Below, one piece after another: positions 12,958 through 24,691 of a stretch of DNA of 64,000 nt. The notes under the pieces are model-generated. The model saw only the letters and a program-made list of their open reading frames with translations, was not told where the DNA came from and did not search any database. The position numbers and the translations under genes were made by a program. This DNA comes from Rhynchopus sp. YZ270_cl-10 (Eukaryota), in the NCBI GenBank assembly GCA_964035575.1, contig OZ037845.1, forward strand, positions 1,674,001-1,738,000. Reading direction: 5' to 3'. Each line of letters begins with the position of its first letter. Position 1 is the first letter of the stretch.

Positions 12958-13636
12958 CACCATGGACTCGTAATGACATTACGCGCGTCATGACGAGGTA
13001 ATTACGAGTGCCTTGACGAGGGCACCCCCTCGTAATTACGAGGGGGTGCCCTCGTCATGACGAGGTAATTACGAGGGCACCCCCTCGTAATTACCACGTC
13101 ACGACGTCGTCATGACGTGGGCACCCACGACAAGGCGATTTTTGACCAATAAAAAAAAATTTTTTTTTTCAAAAATCGGGCGTGGTAGGTCATAAAGTGG
13201 CCCAAAAAATCCAAAGAAAACCTCAGATTGACCAAATGGTGAAAAAAAATGTCAAGTCAAATTTCAGCCAAAATACGGTCATTAGACCCCCACAGATGCT
13301 TAAAAGTGCCAAATTTTGCTTTTAATGGCCTCAAATCGTCGAAATTAGCCCTATATAGGGGCCAAAAAAAAAAATTCGAGAGTCCCTTTCCCTGGGAGGC
13401 AATAGCCAGACAATGACCACGGGAGCACCCCTCGTAATTACGAGGGGTGCCCTCGTAATTACGAGGGCACCCCTCGTCATGACGTCGTAATGCCGTCGTC
13501 GTGACGAGGGAAACCTCACGTCATGACGTCGTCATTACGAGGGGGTGCCCGCGTCGTGACGACGTCATTGCGCGCGTAATTTCCCACGTAATTTCCCTCG
13601 TCCCTCGTCACGTAATGTCATTACGAGTCCATGGTG
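12958..13636. mobile_element. Non-autonomous TIR element with CAC termini (CMC/CACTA-like), 2-bp TSD CA, dense subterminal repeats
   Basis: 26-bp TIR CACCATGGACTCGTAATGACATTACG and its reverse complement at 13611-13636. Many TAATTACGAGGG/CCCTCGTAATTA and TCATGACG subterminal repeats. CA lies on both flanks. Confidence 0.85.
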
Positions 13637-14454
13637 CATCTGAGGTGTCCACTAACAACGTCCTCCTTTTTTTCTTTCGAATGCAGGAAGTTTCCCGCTA
13701 GGTTCATCTTTCAAAGACACTTTTGTGAGCATCTGTGTCCAGGTGGTTTTCATTTTTAAAAATCCACCTTTTACCCGCACCGACAACCAGAATATGATCC
13801 TTCAGGGTCCCTAGGGTAGAGCCTATAGGCTTAATGTCACCCCCTGTTGTGGGGTCCTTCCATCAGAAACGCTTTTTCAGCGCTTTTCAAAACTTTTTTA
13901 TTTCTTTTCCCGCATTACGACCGCCTTTTGTTATAAAAATCAAACGTACCCTGAAGTAATTTCTCTTTTTTTTTTTTTGTCTTTCCAAACAGTTTCTCTT
14001 GAAAAACTTGACACGATGTATTTGTGTCTACGCAAGACCCTTTCATCGTTCCTGTTTTCTCCCTTCCTTGCCTCTTTTATGGTCATGGGGACAAAAACGC
14101 AATAAAAAAACGACGCTGCACACTCAGCACCCTCTCTCTCTCTCTCTCTCTCTCCCATCCAACTCGAACGTTCAAAAGTTAAAAGAAAGCCCTTCCCCCA
14201 CCTCACCCTTTCTTCCGAAGGACACCACTCAATCTGAGTCGTCTTCATTTTCAACTCTCGATTGGCCACCTGCATGCTCGACGGAGCTTATCTAATGTAG
14301 GTTGGGTTTGCTGGCTTTGGATCTTATAAGCGTTTCTCACCCAACCCTACCCCCACCTACAGGACACCCTCTGTGCAGGCGTTTGTGAACGCGCCTACAC
14401 AGGGGTGATTTCACTTTGCCGTTCTGTCCTCCGGCAAGCACACACCACACCACG

Positions 14455-17400
14455 ATGCCTACTGGCGGTTCTCTCCGAGACCGCTCCCCTCTGCGTCTTC
14501 GCGACCGTGATAAGGAACGCGACCGTGTCAGGGGGCGCACGTTCATCTCTCCGCCACGTGTTGCGGGCACTCCTGCGGTGGGGACACCGACTGCAGGGAT
14601 GATGTCGCCGTTGGCAACACACCCGCTGCCGTCTGAGGTGTACGCCTCTGCGGCATTGCGTGCAGTGGAGGACAACCTTGCGCCGGTTGTCGATGCCTTG
14701 GCCATCGCAGAGGGGGAGAACCTGCGTCTCGAAGGGGAACTGATTCGTACACGAGAGTCGACCAGGAGACAGAGGAATGGTGACTTAGCAGTGGCGGCAG
14801 AGAGAGCAGAGCGGATACACGCGTCCACAGTGCATGCGACAGAGATGGCTGCCCTGCGGCGTGAGGTGGAGGAGGGCAACGGTACGATCCGTAGGCTGCA
14901 GCTCGACCTGCTGGACAAAGGCAAGCAGGAGGACCACATCACAGTGGGGCGCCTCAAGGTGCGTATCGGTGAGTTGGAGCATGAGACAGAGTCCCTGAGG
15001 CAGCAGCTTGTGTCCACCACACAGCACGTTTCTGGGCTGACTGCCGACTGTGCAGACCTGACCGACGCAAACACACAGCTACGCTTGGAGGTGGAGCGCT
15101 CTGCAGCGAGTGCAGAGGAGATGGCGGCACGGAACAGCACCCTGAGGGATTCGCTTGCGTTGACGGTGGCAGAGCTGAATGCGCATATGCACCAGTCTGC
15201 GGATGGGTGTGCGTTGCTGGAGCAGAAGATTAAAGGCATGGAGATGGACCTCGAGGGGAAGCTTGCCCAGGCGCAGGAGCTGCTCCGCGTGCAGCAGCAG
15301 CTGGACGAGGCACAGCACCACATCCACGACTACGACAGCATCAACCACAACCTCTCTGCGAACGCGGTGCGCCTCCTCTCGCAGCGTGCGTTGGCGATGA
15401 ACGGCTGCGGGCGGACTGCGCAAAGCACAGTGATGCGGCGTGCCTTCTGGAAGCTGCTGCTGCACTGGCTCAACAGACAGCTCTTCCGCCTAGGCGAGGC
15501 CCACGACGCTGTCAACAGAAACGCCCTGCAGTACGCAGCAGACGCAGAGGAGTACATGCGTGCAGCGGCACAGGAGACACTGCGCGACATCATGGCAATG
15601 CAGGACGATGTGAGCGCACATATGCTGCGACTGCAGGAGGCGCATGCACGCGAGGGTGCTGACAGCGCACACTTGGCACGCGAGCTGGAGGCGGAACGCG
15701 CACGGCGTCAGCTTGCGGAACAGGACTCTGGTGCACTGCATGGCGACATCCAGCAGCTCACGGCGCAGAATGCAAAGCTGGCACGCGAGCTGGCACAGCT
15801 GCAACGCTTTGTGGACACAGAGCTGGGCGACTTGCGTGAGGATGTAACGAGTGGGCACCAACGCTTGAGCGACGACCTGCTGATGATGTGGAAGAAGTTG
15901 AAGCAGGACGTGGGCTCGCAGATGAAGAAGATGTCCTCCTCCGACCGCCTCGACAAAAGCGATGTGTCGCGCCAGGAGGAGCTGTCCCAAAGCCTCGAAG
16001 ACCTCCTGCACAAGCTGGGCCTCAAGGAACGTGAGGCGGCCGACTGGAAGCGCAAGGCAACCGAGGGCATGGACCTGCTCCTGCAGGAGCAGGCCGACAG
16101 CAACATGCGGCTGCTTGACGAGAACAACGCTGCACTGCGGAAGATGCGGAAGGAGCTCATAGACGAGGTATGGCTCAAAACACACACACACACACAAATT
16201 GGGGCCATATTCTGAGCAAGAATTACCCCTACTAGTTATCAAACACACACACAAATGAAAGCCGCCAGTTCCTGTTCACCACATTAGGATACGGCCCGTC
16301 AAGAAGTCGTTTCCAGCCCTTCAGGCGACTATTTAGTACAAAACCTCAAGTGAAGTAGATAACAACAAATACACACAACAGGCCTCCAGAAACAACATGC
16401 AGAGCTGGCAACTCGAAGAGCTTGAAGCGAAGCTGGCGCAGGCGGAGACAGACATGGAGCAGGTACGCACCTCTGCCCCCTATCTCCCTCCACCCTCCAC
16501 CTCCACCTCCTCACCCCTGCCCTATCCACAACGTATTACAGCTGCAAAAGCGTCTCTCAGAGGAGCGTGCGGAGAAGGGCCGTCTGACGGTGATCGTGGA
16601 GAAAGCGGGCCGCACAGAGGAGGAGCTTGACAGCGCGCTGACGGAGCTGGAACGCAACCATCGTCGCAAGGAGGAGGAGCTGCAGCGGAAGATTGCAGCC
16701 CTGAAAGAGGAGCTGGCAGGGCAGATGGATGCTCAGGCGTTGCAGGAGGATCTGCAGATGGCGCAGCAGGAGAACGCGAGGCTGACACAGGAGAAGGAGA
16801 AGCTGCGGAAGGAGATTGAGGATGCACGCAAGCGGTTGCATGCACGCGACCGTGAGGCTGCGCAGGTGGAGGAGGATCTGGAGGCTGCGAACCATGACAA
16901 AGGGCGCTTGCAGAAGGAGCTGGCGAAGCTTGAGAAGGACAGACGCGCTGCCGAGGACACACTGAAACACGAGCTGTCGCTTGCACAGGATGCTGCGTCT
17001 GCGGCTGAGGAGCAGTGCATGGTGGTGCAGCGCAAGGCTGACGAGGCGGCACGTCTGCTCAAGGATGCGCAGGCCGACGCACGCCGCATGAAGGAGAAGC
17101 ATGAGGACGCGCTGGCAGAGCTCAACGGCGAGCTGCTTGCGGCACAGGCGCAGCTGGCAGACGCACAGCGCACCCGGCAGGAGCTTGTCCAGACGAAGAC
17201 GACAGTGACAACACTGCACACAGAGCTTGAAGACGCGCGCATCGCAGCAGACGAAGCAGACGACGTCGTCGCCAAGATGAAGCGCGACCTTGAGGCTGAG
17301 CGGCAGCGTCACAATGCTCTCAAGTCAGCACAAAGCAGACTCGAAAACGACCTGCAGTCTGCCATCCAGCGTATGGAGGCTGCCGAGCAGGAGGTGGAGT

Positions 17401-20400
17401 CTACTAAGCGGAGCATGGAGCGCGAGAAGAAGGAGAAGGAGCGGAGACAGCGCCAGATGGACGACTTGCAGACACGTGTCACGCACCTGGAGGAGGAGGC
17501 GCATGCAGCACACACTGAGTTGCTCAAGGCACAGGAGGCGCAGGAGGGACTGCGCAGGGAGCGCGACCGTGTCGTGAAGGACAAATCCAAGGTAGAGGAC
17601 ACATTGGCGTCTGCCGAGCAGCGCATAGCCGACATGCAGGCGGAGCTGGACCAAGGCCTCAAGAGTGATGCCCTCAAGCGCGAGCTGGAGGCCCTGCGAA
17701 GGGAAGCGGACCGCGACAAGCGTCGTGCAGAGGAGCAGATCTCTGAGCTGGAGAGCCAGTTCAGCACCGCCTTCGAAGAGGCGGAGGGTGCGAAGATGGA
17801 CCTCGAGGATATGCGCAAGGAGCGCGACCGCCTGCGTGCGGCGCACAGCAAGGACATCGACCGTCTCAACACAACCATCGCTGACCTGCAGGACGAGAGT
17901 GGCCAGCTCGCAGCAAAGCTGCGTGACCTCACGACGCTCGAAGCAGCCCTGCGTGACCAGCTTACACGCGCAAAGAACTCAGAGGCAGAAGAGGCACAGC
18001 GTGCCAACGAAGAGGCCGACAAACGCCACGCAGACGCAGACGCACACCGCAAAGAGCTGAACGAAATCAAACGCCAGCTCCACCAGGAGCAGATGGCGAA
18101 GAACGAACTCAGCTCGCAGATTGTCATGCACGAAGAGGTATGGTGTTTGTTGATCTGCATAAAATGATTCTTTTGCTTTTCAGGAAATTGTTACCTTAGA
18201 AGAAGCTGCACGACGCCTGCGTGAGAACATGCAGCAGTTTGAGGAGGACAAGGTATGCATCGCACCGCTTCACACCCATACCGCACCCCATCACACCACA
18301 GGCAGCCATGCGTGCCAGCGAGCTTGCAATGCGCTCCTCCCTTGCTGAGGAGCAGGAGCGCGCCAACGAGGAGAATATGCGTGCCGAGCGTGAGCGCACC
18401 CGTGCTGAGCAGGAGCGCAAGAACGCAGAGCGTGAGCGTCTTCGTGCTCAGAAGATCCAGGAGGAGCTGGACCAGTACAGCGTGCACACACCGCGCAACG
18501 AGGAGGCACGTCACAAGCTTGTTGCTGCAGAGGCGGAGATCGAGCGTCTGCGCCGCCAGCTTGCCGAGAGCGCAGACCAGCTGCAGATCTCTGCAGACGC
18601 GAAGTCCGAAAGCGACGCAAACGCAGCACGCCTGCGTCGCGAGCTGTCCGACATCCAGAATGCGCTGCAGGCACAGCAGACCGCAGAGAAGGACCTGCAG
18701 CGTGCACTCACCACAGAGCGTGAGGAGCGTGTCGAAGAGGAGACACGCAACGCACGTCTGCGCAAGGAGCTTGCCGATGCTAAGCGCAAGGAGGAGGCCG
18801 AGTCCGAGCGTGCCAACGAGCTGGACGCACAGCTCAAGATCGCACGTCGTGAGATCGAAGCCCTGCAAGAGGAGGCCGAGCGCTCTGAGGCTCTTGTGGC
18901 GCGTCTGCGTCGTGGTGCACAGGACGGTGCTGGCGACTCGGAGAAGCTTCAAGAGGCGGAGCGGCAGCTGGCGAAGCTGCGTCGCGACAACGACGCACTC
19001 AAGACAGAGGGCGAGCGTGCGGACCAGCTTGCGCAGGAAGTGGCACGCCTCAAGCGTGAGCTGCAGGGACGCATGCTGGACGAGGAGCGCGAGATGCTCG
19101 AGCAGGCGAAGCAAGATGCTGTGCAGAAGCTTAACGTGTCGCTGCAGGAGAACATGCGTCTGGAGGCGGAGCTGGACCAGCTGCGTCGTGAGCTGGAGAA
19201 GGCACGGCGTGCGAAGGATGAGGACCTGGATGAGGCGCAGGAGCGTGCGGACAAGCTTGAGCGCAAGCTGAACGACACGCAGCACCTGCTCACGCTTGCG
19301 GAGGCCGACCTCCAGGGCTGGAAGGATATGTGCGACAAGGCGAACCGCGACCTCGAGCAGGCACGTGCCGCTGTCGACGAGCAGACGGAACGTGCCGAAC
19401 GTCTCGAGCGCAAGGTGGCTGAGTTGCAACGTGCGCTGGATGAGCTTGAGGATGAAGTGCAGCGTGCGAAGGCACTCTCGGGCGACCTTGTGGACAACCT
19501 CAACAAAGCGAACACAGGCGCGGAGACGAAGAAGTCTGAGTTGGCGCGCCTGAAGAAGCAGCTGAAGCAGAGCAGCGACGACATCGAGCAGGAGAAGAAG
19601 GACCTCGAGGCCAAGCTGCTTGCCATGGAACGCAAGAACGCTGAGCTGCAGCGCAAGAACGACGCGCTTGCGGAGGACATGCGTGACCATGCCAAGCGTG
19701 CCAACGAGGAGCGCAAGGAGCTGCGCGACCGCATCCGCGAGCTCGAGGAGCTTATTGCACAGCGCGAACGCGAGCTCTCTGCTGGGGACAAGGAGGCATT
19801 CAAACAGGTGCAGGACAGCCAGAAGCGTGTTGCTGCACTGCTTGAGACAGAACGTGCCTTGCGCGACAAGATCCTGCTCCTTGAGCAGGAGGTCTTCGAC
19901 ATGCGCCAGGAGCGCGAGGAGAAGGAGGAGAAGCTGAAGGACTTCGAGGAGCAGTACGAGAAGCACCAGTTCGTTATCCAGTCGCGCTCACAGCTGATCA
20001 AGCAGCTGTACGACATCTTCATGGCTGCGAAGCAGGTGGAGAAGGCGTACCGCCACCTGCGCGCAGAGAAGAAGGGTCTTGACTTTGATGAGCTGGGCTT
20101 GGGTGTCCGGAAGACTGTCGGCATTGGACGGGTGCTCATCTGCGACTTCTTCACGGGACCGGAGAAGCTGCACCTTGGACTCTCGCCGTCTCAGTTCCCA
20201 CCTAGCCTGGGGTCTGTGGAGGCAGGCAGCCAGGCGCTCATCCTTCCGGGCGACGCGGTATGTAACCATCCTCAGTGGATAAGCAACGCAGTGTCTCCTA
20301 AATAACAAACACACCACAACACCACAGAACATCGTCTCAAGCATCAAAGCCGTCGAAGGCATTGCCGCAGAAAGCCCCTCCGGCCCAGCCAGCCCCTTTG

Positions 20401-20510
20401 ACTCGCGTCGTGGTGCAGAGGTGTCGCCTCCACTCTCGCATGAGAGGGACGACCCTGTCTCGCCTATGGCACGCGGGTCTTCAGGGAAGTTCCGTCTGCA
20501 GGTATGTTGA
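14455..20510 (+). CDS. Giant (~1800 aa) coiled-coil cytoskeletal protein
   Basis: Exons 14455-16167, 16382-16462, 16542-18137, 18184-18252, 18302-20257, 20328-~20510. Continuous E/K/R/Q/L heptads. The 3' end is uncertain: a further intron from 20502 could extend the CDS to 20642. Confidence 0.85.
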
Positions 20511-21045
20511 GTGGGTGAGGTGTAACGTCGGTTGCGTGGCGCAGGAGGAGGGGTAGCAAAGGTGAACGATGTGTTCGTGGACACTCCGTTCATCTCTCTG
20601 TCTGCCCTTTTTGATGAGATGGAGACTGCTTTGCGCATGTAGGGCAACCTCAGTCGCAATTTAGAAGAGTTTTCCGGCGACGCCTTTTGCAATACGCTCT
20701 GTTGGTGACTGAGGTGCGGATCACCAACGTTGTACAAAAAAGCAAAACAGTGGGAAAATGTTCAAAGAAAGAGATAAAACAGTTAAAACAGAAATATATG
20801 TCGCATTTTAGGAACGTAAGGAACACAACACAACTCTTCCCACAGGGCGCTGCCTCTGCAGCTGGCGGAGTATCAAAAGCAGTGGGGCGCTTCAAAGGAA
20901 GCGGTGCAAAAGGGAAAGGTGGCAAGCCGAAGGAGTACCCAACGGCGACCAAGGTTTCGGTATGCATAAAAACCCCCCCTTTATTTTCCAATAGACGAAT
21001 ACGGACAGTGCGCACAAAAGCATTTGTGCCGTACTTCCTTTTTTA

Positions 21046-21072
21046 TTGACTAAGCACGCGAGGCTTAGTCAA
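21046..21072 (+). repeat. Dispersed GNRA hairpin, family A variant with perfect 10-bp stem
   Basis: TTGACTAAGC-A-C[GCGA]G-GCTTAGTCAA. Confidence 0.8.
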
Positions 21073-22598
21073 GAGAATTTGGGGGGTCCATCTCATGTAC
21101 CAAAGGTACACTGTCACAAGAGAGGGCTTTATGTATTTCAAGTCAAACCTTTTTTAAAGCACAACAACTACCATTTTTCTCTCTACAGCTCGTACGCCCC
21201 GTCTCGCCGAAGTAGAAGATATTTTTTGTCAAAAAAATACAGCAAAAATAAAACGTAGAACGATCGGTGTTTAGCGATCGGTTTGGGCTGGTGAAGATAA
21301 CTAAGCGTTGCGAGGACACCTTGCAAAGCCCCCTTCTTTTTTGCTCTTTTGTATTAGATTTTTTATTTTAGTGTAATGTGCATTCATTTTTTTAGAAACC
21401 CCGTGTACAACTGTGCAGCTTTCTTTTTTATCTTTTCCCGCAAACCTTCCAAAATGCAAAAATAGCGTATTGAAGGAATTATGGAAAAAAAAAAGCAAAA
21501 CATTCAATGAATCTCGGAAACTTCCTTGAGCCACACACCCCTCCAAACATTTCGCAAAAAAACCCCCTTTATTATTCCACCTTTTTCGTTTTTTTTATTT
21601 GCTTTTTTTGTATAAACGGCTTTCCTTCCACAAATGTGTTTCCCCCCATCTCCCCCTTTTATTGAGTAAAATTACTAAGCACGAGAGGCTTAGGGTCGAT
21701 CTATAAACTTTTCTTTTCTTGGGTTGTTGTTGTTGTTTTTTATACACTTCCCTAATGCTTTCAAATTTTATTTGAAAGTATATGAATTTGTTTCTTGGCA
21801 CTTTTCTCTCTATTCTCTTCTCTTCTCTTGTCGTCACAGCAATGTCCAAATAGAACTATCGTTGCTTTTTTTGAGTCCCCCCTTATAGATAGGATATCCA
21901 AGCCCCCTGAGAATCCCCCCTAGGCCCAAGTGTTCCACACAAGATATGTGGATTGAGACAACGGGTGTTTTTCCCCCTCTAGGTGACTAAAGCACTATTG
22001 CTAAAAGGATCATCTTTACAAAAAAAAAAAAAATTATTTTTCGACGACGTTTTGCGCAGAGTGTATTTGTCTCTTGCGAAGTCCTTCCCGTCCCTGCCCG
22101 CTTCTTTGATAACAAAGAAGGGATTGGTATATGTTAAACGGTTTGTTCTGTTGTTTTTTTTCTCTTTCTTTTTCGCTCCTTTCTCTTTGCATTCTTTTTG
22201 TTTCGCTAAGAAAAGAATGTCTATGAATTAACCCTTTCTGAGTTTCAAGGTGACTAAGCAGGGGCTTAGGATAATTTTTATTTTACTGTTGAGGGGGGTT
22301 TGATCCTGACGTCAATTATGACACAAAGAGAAAAGAAAAGAAAGCAGCTGCGCACCATACCTTCACACTCCCCGCGCCCCCCCGCAGTTCTTTGCAATTA
22401 ATGTACTCTGCCTGGCAGCCAATTCCAGTCTTTTCATAGCCCATTTCTTCCCCCTCTATGTTTATATGTTTTATTTGTTAAATCGGGGGGGTATATTTGT
22501 TCTCCCAACCCAATCCACACAAAAAAAAAAACTCCCAAAAAAAAAACCAACCATTTGTTCTAGAACTAACAAAAAACCAAAAAAATAGTACATGACCT

Positions 22599-22690
22599 GG
22601 GTCATCTGAAAAGGGGGAGACGGATTTTTTGTTACACAGCGTCTCACAGCGTCTCCCCCCCATATCAGGTAGACCTTGATCAGATGACCC
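22599..22690. repeat. Small fold-back element (nested inverted repeats)
   Basis: Outer arms GGGTCATCTGA/TCAGATGACCC and inner arms GGGGGAGACG/CGTCTCCCCC. Confidence 0.5.
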
Positions 22691-22792
22691 TATCCCAGTT
22701 TTACGTTCTTCCTCCTCTCCACCCCTCCTTCGTGTCTTTCGCCCTTGCTGTACTGTAGCAGAGCAGATTTTGCTTATTATGCATTCCTACCC

Positions 22793-22821
22793 GATGTGTG
22801 CACGAGAGGCACATTCATCTT
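22793..22821 (+). repeat. Dispersed GNRA hairpin, family B ((AA)GATG-TGTGC-A-C[GAGA]G-GCACA-TT-CATCTT)
   Basis: Near-identical copies at 12202, 57217 and 60472. Degenerate copies near 9768, 25953, 28187, 35325, 56190, 61105, 61441. Confidence 0.85.
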
Positions 22822-22984
22822 AAAAGTCTTCTTTTGACACATCCTTCTCTCCCTTCATCGCACCACAAACAACAACAGCCAAAACACACAACACATTTCC
22901 ACAAACTCCCCTTTGTTAACCCCCTCCCTCCATCCCCTGCATTCCTTGACAACCCCACTACCCAAGGGTGCAGGTCACCTTGCA

Positions 22985-24691
22985 ATGACCATGATGAAGA
23001 CGCCCCTCCGCAAACGGCGTGCCGTTGTGTTGACCGGCACAGAGTACGGACGACTTGACCTGGAGGCGTTGGCGCTGCCCACAAGGATTGGCGTGGCGCA
23101 TGAACGGCTGTGCGCTTTGTGGGACGCAATGCACGTTCCGCATGAGAGTCGGGGGCGGTTTGTGTCCAAAACTATGACACAATTTGGGGAAAGTGTTGCA
23201 ATTGATTTGGAACGTGAGGCACGTACTTTGGAGAGAATTCGCGACCGTTTTGACGATGTGCGTAACACAATGGAGGACCGTGCACGTCTTGTAGGACGTA
23301 TGATCATGATTGCAGGCAAGGTGTCCGCTGCACAGAACGAAACTGCCTGCAGAAACGAACTCCGCCTCCTGGCAGGCCTCGTCCGCAGCAAGAGCCTCGA
23401 CGTGCTTGATATGTGCACTGCGCTTGCGACGGCCACCACCCAGGCAGAGTCCATGCGCCTCTCCCCCTCTGCTGGCGTCGGGCTTCTCTCAGACGGCACC
23501 CTAGAAACGCAGGAATGCACACACCACCTTGCACCCCTCCTTGGCTTCTCTTTGATTGACAATCCGTTGATCCACCCGGGGGCGTCGCCGCAGTACAATG
23601 ATGGCATGGGGGTCGAGCTCTCGTTGAGCGACACACAGAGGATTGAGGCCGTCATGCGCACCTGTGGCAAGACCGAGCCACATGGCATGCAGTGGGGACG
23701 CAGCTACCCTGCATTGGTGATGGCCACGGCAGCGGCGGTTGTGGTGGCGGTGGGTGGACAGCGGGTGGTGTCACCTTCGTTGCGGCGGTCGTCTCTCGCG
23801 AGGACTGTGATGGTGTCACCTGCACACAGAAGGGACACAGACCATGCTGCACCAGCTGCAGCTATCGCAGCAGGTCTGACCATTCTCTCCACCGCATGCG
23901 CCACCCGCAACAGAGTACGCAGCCAAAGCGTCGGCATCCTCCGCAGACTCGACAGCGACACCAGCAACAGCAACAGAGTGCGCTACACAGGCTCCGCACC
24001 CACCTCAGGAGAACGCACCCGCCGCGTCTCCATCCAAGGTGACGACAGAAGGTTAGTAGTGAACATCGGAAAGAGCCTTGAAGATGGCACCACGACCACG
24101 ACCCAAAGCAATAAAACCCGGGTAGGGAAAACCTTTGCGCAGCGGCCAAACTCTGCGCCGGCGAAGAAGTCTGCTTTTATTGTCGAACCGGCGAAGACGA
24201 GTCCACAAGAGAAGCACATCCCACCGGAGAACGGCCCGTTTACACGCGTTGTCAGCGACAACGAAATGTCGATGTCTGCGTACAGCAATGCGACACCTTC
24301 GCCGACACCGTCGCTGTCACCGACACCAGGCGACAAGGATTTGTCGTTACGGTCTATGGAGGCGCCGGTCTCTGCGTTGAGTCTTCTGCGCGAGGCGATA
24401 GGGGCAAGGGCAGGGACAGGCGACGCAGGGGAGCACCATGAGCGCGTGTGCAACACATTAGACTACATGCTCATCGCAGAAGGCTCACCCTTAGGCTGCT
24501 CCCGCTCAACAAGCTCACTCCGGGAAGGGAAAAACGTAGGTGTCCTCCTCAAGGCGCTCTCGCTGCCGCAAGCAGAGCACCCAGAAAGGACAAAGAACGT
24601 CCGTGTCTGCAACGCCCTCAAGCGTGTCCTCCAGGTGCAGCAAGAAGGCTCCCCTTCGATTCTCCCACCCTTAGAGAAAAGGACGTTTTGA
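22985..24691 (+). CDS. Hypothetical protein: N-terminal helical/coiled-coil domain plus Ser/Thr/Pro-rich disordered C-terminus
   Basis: Intronless ~568-codon ORF in a GC-rich island. LCALWDAMHVPHESR weakly recalls MAP65/Ase1-type helical repeats (unverified). Confidence 0.75.
   Translation: MTMMKTPLRKRRAVVLTGTEYGRLDLEALALPTRIGVAHERLCALWDAMHVPHESRGRFVSKTMTQFGESVAIDLEREARTLERIRDRFDDVRNTMEDRARLVGRMIMIAGKVSAAQNETACRNELRLLAGLVRSKSLDVLDMCTALATATTQAESMRLSPSAGVGLLSDGTLETQECTHHLAPLLGFSLIDNPLIHPGASPQYNDGMGVELSLSDTQRIEAVMRTCGKTEPHGMQWGRSYPALVMATAAAVVVAVGGQRVVSPSLRRSSLARTVMVSPAHRRDTDHAAPAAAIAAGLTILSTACATRNRVRSQSVGILRRLDSDTSNSNRVRYTGSAPTSGERTRRVSIQGDDRRLVVNIGKSLEDGTTTTTQSNKTRVGKTFAQRPNSAPAKKSAFIVEPAKTSPQEKHIPPENGPFTRVVSDNEMSMSAYSNATPSPTPSLSPTPGDKDLSLRSMEAPVSALSLLREAIGARAGTGDAGEHHERVCNTLDYMLIAEGSPLGCSRSTSSLREGKNVGVLLKALSLPQAEHPERTKNVRVCNALKRVLQVQQEGSPSILPPLEKRTF

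Noticed and set aside
18191..20154. Long minus-strand ORFs (591 aa, 401 aa)
   Set aside because: Antisense shadows of the biased-codon coiled-coil gene; Leu/Ser-rich low-information translations.
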